A DNA stretch of 64,000 nucleotides, from contig JAEEJO010000077.1 of NCBI GenBank assembly GCA_016281915.1, forward strand, positions 1,140-65,139, in the 5' to 3' direction. Both the position numbers and the translations under genes were made by a program. This DNA comes from Clostridiales bacterium (GTDB taxonomy: Bacteria; Bacillota; Clostridia; Oscillospirales; UBA644). The first letter of the stretch is position 1. Each line of letters starts with the position of its first letter. The notes under the pieces were generated by a model. It made no database searches and was not told the DNA's origin. It was given only the letters and a program-made list of their open reading frames with translations. Shown in pieces: positions 58,399-64,000 of the stretch.

Positions 58399-58893
58399 AT
58401 GACTATGATAGACAATATACGCGAAATAATTACTTCCGTTAACGTTGAAAACGGTATTACTCTTGTTACCGCATACAACCTTCCGAACAATTCCGAAAGC
58501 GTCGCAGATATTTTTAACTGTCTTGCTGAAAAAGACGTCAATGTCGATATGATCTCTCTGAATCCGTCGTCCGGCGTCCATCAGACGGTATCTTTTTCTG
58601 CAAACGACGATGATCTGACAAATATTCTCTCTACGCTCGGAATGCTGAAAACCACCTATGCCGATCTTCGCATCGATGTTAACACTAATAACTGCAAGCT
58701 TACATTTGCGGGCGACGCAATGCGTGAAAAATGCGGCGTTGCAGCGTTTGTGTTCAATGCGCTCGGTGAAAAGAAGATCCCCGTTAAGCTTATCACAACG
58801 TCTGAAACGAAAATATCCTGTCTTATCGACGAATCGGACTATTCAGACGTATGTGACCTTCTTGATAAAACGTTCGGTATAAATGCTGTTTGA
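58399..58893 (+). CDS. Stand-alone tandem-ACT protein resembling the aspartokinase regulatory (beta) region
   Basis: Two ACT repeats (VADIFNCLAEKDVNVDMIS...; GVAAFVFNALGEKKIPVKLITTSETKISCLIDE) align by eye with the C-terminal ACT1-ACT2 of LysC-type aspartokinases. No kinase domain is present. RBS spacing makes an alternative start at ATG 58405 more likely. Confidence 0.75.
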   Translation: MTMIDNIREIITSVNVENGITLVTAYNLPNNSESVADIFNCLAEKDVNVDMISLNPSSGVHQTVSFSANDDDLTNILSTLGMLKTTYADLRIDVNTNNCKLTFAGDAMREKCGVAAFVFNALGEKKIPVKLITTSETKISCLIDESDYSDVCDLLDKTFGINAV

Positions 58894-58915
58894 TTATTTA
58901 TAGAAAGGGAATAAC

Positions 58916-60727
58916 ATGTTCGAGTTTTATACTTCAAAAGAACTGAAGCCTAAAGGCTGGCTTCTTAAACAGCTTAAGATTCAGGCTGAGGGCATCAGCG
59001 GAAATCTCGATAAAGTCTGGCGCGATGTCCGTGACAGCGGGTGGCTTGGCGGAGACGCCGAGAGCTGGGAAAGATTTCCTTATTGGCTTGACGGCTTTAT
59101 TCCCCTTGCATATCTTCTTGAAGATGAGGAAATGATTTCGCGCGCAAAATATTACATTTCCCGTATTGTAGCCTTGCAGAGACCTGACGGATGGATCTGT
59201 CCGTGCTCGGATGAGCAAATACCTAAATACGATACGTGGGTAATATATCTTGTTTCCAAAGTTCTTATCGGTTATTATAAGTGCTCAGGTGACGAAAGCA
59301 TAATACCGGTCATTTACAAAGTCCTGAAAAACTATTACGACCTTTTGTCTTCCGGAAAAATAAGCCTTTTTTCCTGGGCTAAGTACCGTTGGTTTGAATG
59401 CTTTATAGCTCTCGACTTTCTGAGCGAACGCTACGATGAATCGTGGATAAAGGAACTGGGTCTTATACTTAAAAAGCAGGGCATCGATTACAATACACTT
59501 GTCGAAAGATGGAAAAGACCGCTTAATGCATGGAATTTCGAAACGCATATAGTAAACCTTACTATGATGCTTAAATCCGAGGCAGTGTCTCATAAGCTCC
59601 TCGGTGAAGAATATACCGATAATGCGGAATATCTTTACGATATCCTTTATAAATATAACGGCACTCCTGTCGGTCTTTTCACCGGTGATGAATGTCTTTC
59701 TGGACTTAGTCCTATTCAGGGAACCGAACTTTGCGCCGTAGTCGAAGAGATGTATTCCTTTGAAAAACTGTATGCCGCTACGGGAGATCCCAAGTGGGCA
59801 GAACGTCTTGAGTTGCTTGCTTTCAATGCTTTGCCTGCCGCAAACAGCGACGATATGTGGACTCATCAGTATGATCAGATGAGCAATCAGATAGCCTGCA
59901 TTAAATTCCCAGGCAGACCGATATTCAGAACAAACACGGCAAACGCTCATATTTTCGGACTTGAACCTCATTACGGCTGCTGCACTGCAAACCTGCATCA
60001 GGGATGGCCGAAATTCGCTCTTTCCGCATTTATGAAGAGCGGTAATACAGTCATTAACGCTCTGCTTGTCCCGTCCGAACTGAATGACAACGGTATTGAA
60101 ATAAAACTCGAAACGGAATACCCGTTTAATAACAAATTCAGCTATTTCATAAAAACAGATAAAGATTTCGTTTTCAAAATACGAATTCCTTCATTTGCAG
60201 AGAATATTCTTGTAAACGGCAACACAGCAGAAAATACCGGTGAATTATCTTTTAACGTCAATAAAGGCGAAGAAATATCGCTAGATATTTCGTATGACAC
60301 AGTCCCGTATTTCATAAACAGACCGTATGATCTTAAAACAGTCCGTTGCGGTTCATTCGTCTTCTCTCTCCCGATCAAATTCGAAAAAAAGATGTATGAA
60401 TACGTCGAAAACAAAGTCGAAAGAAAATTTCCTTATTGCGACTATGAATACATCCCGAAATCCGAATGGAGCTACGGTTTCTCCGACGGTATGCTTAAAC
60501 AGTCATATCACGGAATATCAGAAATACCGTTTTCTTCAGAAAAACCTCCCATAACAGTATCTGCTAAAATGGCTAAGATCGACTGGGGGCTTGAAGACGG
60601 ATTCGACACCGTATGCTCAAAGACGCCCCGTAATACAGAGGCGCTGGATAAAGAAGAGGAGATTCAGCTTTATCCATACGGTTGCGCAAAACTCAGAATG
60701 ACAGAAATGCCTTTTGTGAAAAAATAA
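58916..60727 (+). CDS. GH127/GH146-like (DUF1680) beta-L-arabinofuranosidase-family protein
   Basis: 603 aa with no signal peptide. It has a GWLLKQL...WLGGDAESWERFPYWLDG N-terminal pattern and a HYGCCTANLHQGWPKF Cys-Cys region analogous to the GH127 catalytic/zinc site. Confidence 0.55.
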   Translation: MFEFYTSKELKPKGWLLKQLKIQAEGISGNLDKVWRDVRDSGWLGGDAESWERFPYWLDGFIPLAYLLEDEEMISRAKYYISRIVALQRPDGWICPCSDEQIPKYDTWVIYLVSKVLIGYYKCSGDESIIPVIYKVLKNYYDLLSSGKISLFSWAKYRWFECFIALDFLSERYDESWIKELGLILKKQGIDYNTLVERWKRPLNAWNFETHIVNLTMMLKSEAVSHKLLGEEYTDNAEYLYDILYKYNGTPVGLFTGDECLSGLSPIQGTELCAVVEEMYSFEKLYAATGDPKWAERLELLAFNALPAANSDDMWTHQYDQMSNQIACIKFPGRPIFRTNTANAHIFGLEPHYGCCTANLHQGWPKFALSAFMKSGNTVINALLVPSELNDNGIEIKLETEYPFNNKFSYFIKTDKDFVFKIRIPSFAENILVNGNTAENTGELSFNVNKGEEISLDISYDTVPYFINRPYDLKTVRCGSFVFSLPIKFEKKMYEYVENKVERKFPYCDYEYIPKSEWSYGFSDGMLKQSYHGISEIPFSSEKPPITVSAKMAKIDWGLEDGFDTVCSKTPRNTEALDKEEEIQLYPYGCAKLRMTEMPFVKK

Positions 60728-60736
60728 AATAACGAC

Positions 60737-60773
60737 AAGAAGAGGGGAGACTGCCTGGTCTCTCCTCTTCTTT
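60737..60773 (+). terminator. Intrinsic terminator
   Basis: AAGAAGAGGGGAGAC / GTCTCTCCTCTTCTT stem (one G-U) followed by a T tail. Confidence 0.7.
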
Positions 60774-60786
60774 ATTAAATAAAAAG

Positions 60787-60814
60787 AAAAGGTATAGCCG
60801 AAGCTATACCTTTT
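60787..60814 (-). terminator. Intrinsic terminator after the surface protein gene
   Basis: AAAAGGTATAGC / GCTATACCTTTT perfect stem with a CGAA loop and A/T runs on both sides. Confidence 0.75.
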
Positions 60815-60835
60815 CGTATGTAGTTTAACTACAAC

Positions 60836-61858
60836 TTATTTTCTCTTGAATACAGAGATACCACCGATAGCGGAAACAGCAGCGAGAGCGTAGAAGAGAA
60901 CGCTTACGTCAGCAGTCTTCGGGTTGGTGTTGGTTGTTGTTGTGGGAGCCGGAGTTACTGTTTCAGCAGCGGGCTCTTCAGCAGCGGGTTCTTCTGCAGC
61001 GGGCTCTTCTGCAGCGGGCTCTTCAGCAGCAGGTTCTTCTGCAGCGGGCTCTTCAGCAGCGGGTTCTTCAGCAGCAGGTTCTTCAGCAGCAGCTTCAGCG
61101 AAAACGAGCATCGGAGAGTTTGTCGGGGTCTTACCAGCCCAGAGAACGCCCTGGCCCATTTCAGCGTAGAAGGAACCGTCAGAAATGAATGCTACAGAGA
61201 TGAGGTATTCGTCGTCAACAGCACCGGCAGAACCGAGAGCGTCAGCGAGGGGGATAGCGATTTCATAGCACTGGTTGAGGCCGTCAACAGCGCATTTACC
61301 CATCATGCCTTCGTTAACTGTTGCAGAGTCAGCAGCATCGGGCATAGACTGTTCGAATGTGTTGAAGTAAAGCTCGGTAGCGTCCTGGTTACCGTTGATA
61401 CCGAATCCGAGATGCGGGTCATTGTACATGTCGCCGTCACCGTCATCGAGACCAATGTAGAACTGGAAGCAGTCAGTGCCTGCAGACCAGAGGGCAGAAC
61501 CGTCAACTTCGGAAGCATAAACTTTAGCAGCTTTGATAGCTACATAAAGATATTCTTCATCCCATTTGAACCAGTAGTCAACAGTAGCGTTCATAGCGTT
61601 AGCATCATCAAGGAATGTGCCGTCAGTCGGGTGAACGAGCTGAGGATCTTCCGCACGGCTGGAACCGATTACATGGATAGAGCTTTCGCCCCATGCATCT
61701 TCGATAACACCGTCAAGAACGAGTGCATTTGTACGCTTGGGAACTTTGATGAGTTCGGGGACGATTTCGTCTGTGCCCTGCCATACTTCTGCGAAAGCAG
61801 GAACAACACAGCAAATCATCATTGCAACAGTAATAACTGCAGCTAAGATTTTTTTCAT
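60836..61858 (-). CDS. Secreted surface protein: CBM9-like domain, (EEPAA)x8 linker, C-terminal NPKTAD-SVLF-TM-KRK anchor
   Basis: Signal peptide MKKILAAVITVAMMICCVVPAFA (start 61858 after AAAGGAG). LVLDGVIEDAWGES...DYWFKWDEEYLYVAIKA resembles CBM9/DOMON-like sugar-binding modules. Then come an acidic Pro/Ala repeat, a Thr-rich stretch, and the anchor NPKTADVSVLFYALAAVSAIGGISVFKRK. Confidence 0.7.
   Translation of the reverse strand: MKKILAAVITVAMMICCVVPAFAEVWQGTDEIVPELIKVPKRTNALVLDGVIEDAWGESSIHVIGSSRAEDPQLVHPTDGTFLDDANAMNATVDYWFKWDEEYLYVAIKAAKVYASEVDGSALWSAGTDCFQFYIGLDDGDGDMYNDPHLGFGINGNQDATELYFNTFEQSMPDAADSATVNEGMMGKCAVDGLNQCYEIAIPLADALGSAGAVDDEYLISVAFISDGSFYAEMGQGVLWAGKTPTNSPMLVFAEAAAEEPAAEEPAAEEPAAEEPAAEEPAAEEPAAEEPAAEEPAAETVTPAPTTTTNTNPKTADVSVLFYALAAVSAIGGISVFKRK
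60965..61084 (-). repeat. Eight tandem 15-bp in-frame repeats encoding (EEPAA)8
   Basis: Plus-strand units are [C/T][A/T]GCAGC[G/A]GG[C/T]TCTT with period 15. All inter-copy differences fall at codon third positions (GAA/GAG, CCC/CCT, GCT/GCA). Confidence 0.95.
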
Positions 61859-61908
61859 AAGGTTTTTCACTCCTTTTAGTATTAAAGAGATTTTTCTCTT
61901 CATTGAAT

Positions 61909-61937
61909 ATTCTACACTAAAAACCTGTTTTTGTCAA
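61909..61937 (-). promoter_or_regulatory. Sigma-A-type promoter for the surface protein gene
   Basis: Minus strand: TTGACA, 17 bp, TAGAAT. Confidence 0.55.
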
Positions 61938-62258
61938 GATGTAAAAATGAACAATTATCAACAAAAAATCTGTTTTCAGAGAGCAGAAATTTGGTTTTAA
62001 TGCACAAAAATGTCTTATATTTTGTCCCGGCCGCCTCTTTTTACGTGTTTTCAGCCTGTATAAAACCGTTGATCAACTTTTTTTATTATGTTTATCGTTT
62101 TGTTTCCTGTAATGAAACATATTTTCCCGGTTTTCGTCAAAAGAGTTGCAGATCACGATTCATTATGCTTTGTTACGGTCATCTTTTCCTTATTTTGTCG
62201 GTACAGGCACATTTTCGTTGATTTGCTTCCTTAAAAATATAAATATTTAAAAAAGTAC

Positions 62259-62287
62259 TTGAAAAATTAAAAAAAATGAGTTATAAT
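62259..62287 (+). promoter_or_regulatory. Sigma-A-type promoter for the PBP gene
   Basis: TTGAAA, 17 bp, TATAAT. Confidence 0.55.
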
Positions 62288-62375
62288 ATAAAATGTATAT
62301 GTTTGTGCTCTTATCAGCATTTCGTATTTCAGATCATTTATCATTAATGTTTTACTTAAACGGGAACAGGAAATA

Positions 62376-64000
62376 ATGAGAAACATAGGAAAACACAGCT
62401 CTGATTCTGATTCGAATATCTTTTCCGGAATTGCGGACGCATTCCGTTCATTAAAAAACGGATCTGCGTCACGTTCTGTCGGCAATCAGAAAAAAGAGAA
62501 TGATTCTTCTTCGAAAGAAAACCCTGAATTTTCCGATAACTTATCCGGCAGCAATGAGCAGGACGCATCTGTCAGCTCTGATTCGGAAATTTTAAATGAC
62601 GAAAGCTTTTCATCCGATCCGTCCATTTACGAAGAATTCAGCGATGTATTCAATACCGACGATTCCTCAGACGATGATTATCGGGATGAGTTTTCGAGGG
62701 ATTACTATGCAAAAAATTCTGCTGATACCTCAGATGATAAGCCCGATCTTTCCGATTATTATTCTCCTTACGATATAGGGGACGGTGTATCGGACGGAGA
62801 TGTCTCTCTGCCATCTGAAAATGAATTGAATGATATCGCCGCTGATGACGGCCGCGAAAACATATTTACTGATTCCGCCGCGACAGACGCCTTGTCTTTA
62901 TCAGAAGCTCAGCCTCCGTTTACTGAAAACAGTTCAGCCGCTTCCGATATGACTGTCACCGCGTCTTTGGGTCCTCGCGCCGCACGACTTGCGCGTTTTA
63001 AGACCGAAACAGACTCTTCTTCGCATGACGAGATCCTGGCGTCCGAAGAGTCTTCCCGCACGTCTGAACAAAAAACTTCCGCCGCTCAGGTCGAAAATGA
63101 GAAAAAAAGACCGAATACGCGTGAATCCGTTGCCGAAAAACCGAAAAAATCCGATACACAGGTTTCTACGTCAAATAAGCAAAAGAAAAAAGGCGGAGTC
63201 GAAGTAGTGGAAGACGACCGTCCTCTGTGGGAGAAGAATCCTGAAAAATACAGAAAGAAGAAACCGTTTTTTATACGCCTTCTCGGCGGTATTTGGTCCT
63301 TTATATTTTTCTGGATCCTGACGGGCGCCGTTTTTGGAGTTATAGGCGTAGGCCTTGGCGTTACTCTCGTTTACTCGTTTACCGATCCCGAGCTTGACAT
63401 CAAACTTGCAAGTCTCGATATCGATTATACGTCACAGATCCTTGCAACCGATTCGTCGGGCGAGATCGTTGTTTATGAGGAGCTTTACAGCACCGCAAAC
63501 CGCGTCTGGGTTTCCATAAACGATATGCCCAAAGAACTTCTCGACGCCACCGTCGCGATTGAGGACAAACGTTTCTATGAACACAAGGGCGTTGACCTTG
63601 TTACAACCATCAGAGCTACTATATCTTATATTATTGACCGAATCCGAGGCAGGTCCGAGATCGGCGCCGGCGGTTCTACGCTTACTCAGCAGCTCATAAA
63701 GGTTATAACGCAGGACAATGCCGTCAAAGGAACCGCGGGACTTCAGCGAAAAGCCAAAGAGATCCTTCGTGCTTTCTATATTGAACGAAAATACAGCAAA
63801 GACCAGATACTTGAGTATTATCTCAATACCGTCAACTTCGGTTACCAGTATGAGGGCATTTATACCGCCGCAAAATCTTATTTCGGCAAGGAGCCCAAAG
63901 ATCTGACTCTTGCCGAATGTGCGACCATAGTCGCCGTTACAAACTGGCCTTCATATTATAATCCGTATGAGAGTATGGAAAACAACAGATCGAGACGTCT
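62376..64000 (+). CDS. Class A penicillin-binding protein (GT51 transglycosylase domain visible); 3' end outside the window
   Basis: This ORF is absent from the ORF track because it has no stop before the window end; I translated it by hand from ATG 62376. It has a ~297-aa Ser/Asp/Glu-rich tail, a TM (FFIRLLGGIWSFIFFWILTGAVFGVIGVGLGV), then the GT51 motifs EDKRFYEHKGVD, GGSTLTQQL, RKAKE and QILEYYLN. Confidence 0.85.
   Translation, partial: MRNIGKHSSDSDSNIFSGIADAFRSLKNGSASRSVGNQKKENDSSSKENPEFSDNLSGSNEQDASVSSDSEILNDESFSSDPSIYEEFSDVFNTDDSSDDDYRDEFSRDYYAKNSADTSDDKPDLSDYYSPYDIGDGVSDGDVSLPSENELNDIAADDGRENIFTDSAATDALSLSEAQPPFTENSSAASDMTVTASLGPRAARLARFKTETDSSSHDEILASEESSRTSEQKTSAAQVENEKKRPNTRESVAEKPKKSDTQVSTSNKQKKKGGVEVVEDDRPLWEKNPEKYRKKKPFFIRLLGGIWSFIFFWILTGAVFGVIGVGLGVTLVYSFTDPELDIKLASLDIDYTSQILATDSSGEIVVYEELYSTANRVWVSINDMPKELLDATVAIEDKRFYEHKGVDLVTTIRATISYIIDRIRGRSEIGAGGSTLTQQLIKVITQDNAVKGTAGLQRKAKEILRAFYIERKYSKDQILEYYLNTVNFGYQYEGIYTAAKSYFGKEPKDLTLAECATIVAVTNWPSYYNPYESMENNRSRR

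Noticed and set aside
60924-61188. Plus-strand ORFs encoding AAGSSAAGSS... and LQQRALQQ... repeats, and the possibility that the 15-bp periodic array is a CRISPR or other non-coding repeat.
   Set aside because: The period is 15 bp with no spacers. The array is in frame within a minus-strand gene that has a signal peptide, folded domain and anchor. The copies differ only at the minus-strand wobble positions.
61931-62221. A 96-aa ORF in the large intergenic region, plus small minus-strand ORFs at 62267..62568.
   Set aside because: They have no RBS, their aromatic/Cys-rich composition is typical of translated AT-rich non-coding DNA, and they overlap promoter elements.

Overview
This is a 64-kb chromosomal segment from a low-GC Gram-positive anaerobe. 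Gene content points to Clostridia, Oscillospiraceae/Ruminococcaceae-like: a yabM-hup-yabO-divIC-yabR-type cluster, ECF S-components, L-box and TPP riboswitches with intrinsic terminators, and sigma-A promoters. I call about 56 protein-coding genes. I found no rRNA, tRNA, CRISPR array, transposase, integrase or phage genes, so this looks like core chromosome rather than an island.

Content by region:
- 0-10 kb: permease fragment, Na/Pi transporter, mscL, DUF1015, the cell-division/nucleoid cluster, and a zinc-ribbon beta-propeller protein.
- 10-18.5 kb: orphan corrinoid protein, then one co-directional array of GH35, a lipoprotein, FemAB-like, DUF368, ABC-F and hemW.
- 18.5-24.4 kb, minus strand: dac, yerC-like, rseP, ispG, pyrD, birA.
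- 24.5-30.8 kb: membrane protein-mreB, vWA, CDF, macro-like/HTH fusion, zinc-ribbon membrane protein, and TPP riboswitch-thiT.
- 30.9-52 kb: single sugar-catabolic genes (GH127, araB, galK, fucI, DUF4838), two paralogous orphan solute-binding lipoproteins, an amidase, a DHHW protein, and an xpt-BMP nucleoside ABC operon.
- 52-64 kb: queA-tgt plus an unknown anchored protein, the L-box-controlled asd-dapA-dapB-ACT operon, a GH127-like gene, a repeat-containing surface protein, and a 3'-truncated class A PBP.

I found no clear defence or mobile system. The best novelty candidates are:
- A non-canonical C-terminal sorting-signal-like module, NPxTxD-SVLF-TM-KR(G)K, shared by two unrelated secreted proteins.
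- Paralogous permease-less SBP-like lipoproteins placed next to glycosidase-like genes.
- A degenerate macro-domain/HTH fusion.
- A stand-alone aspartokinase-beta-like ACT protein in the lysine-riboswitch operon.
- A PBP1A with a roughly 297-aa acidic cytoplasmic tail.

All functional calls rest on motif recognition by eye. No database search was run.
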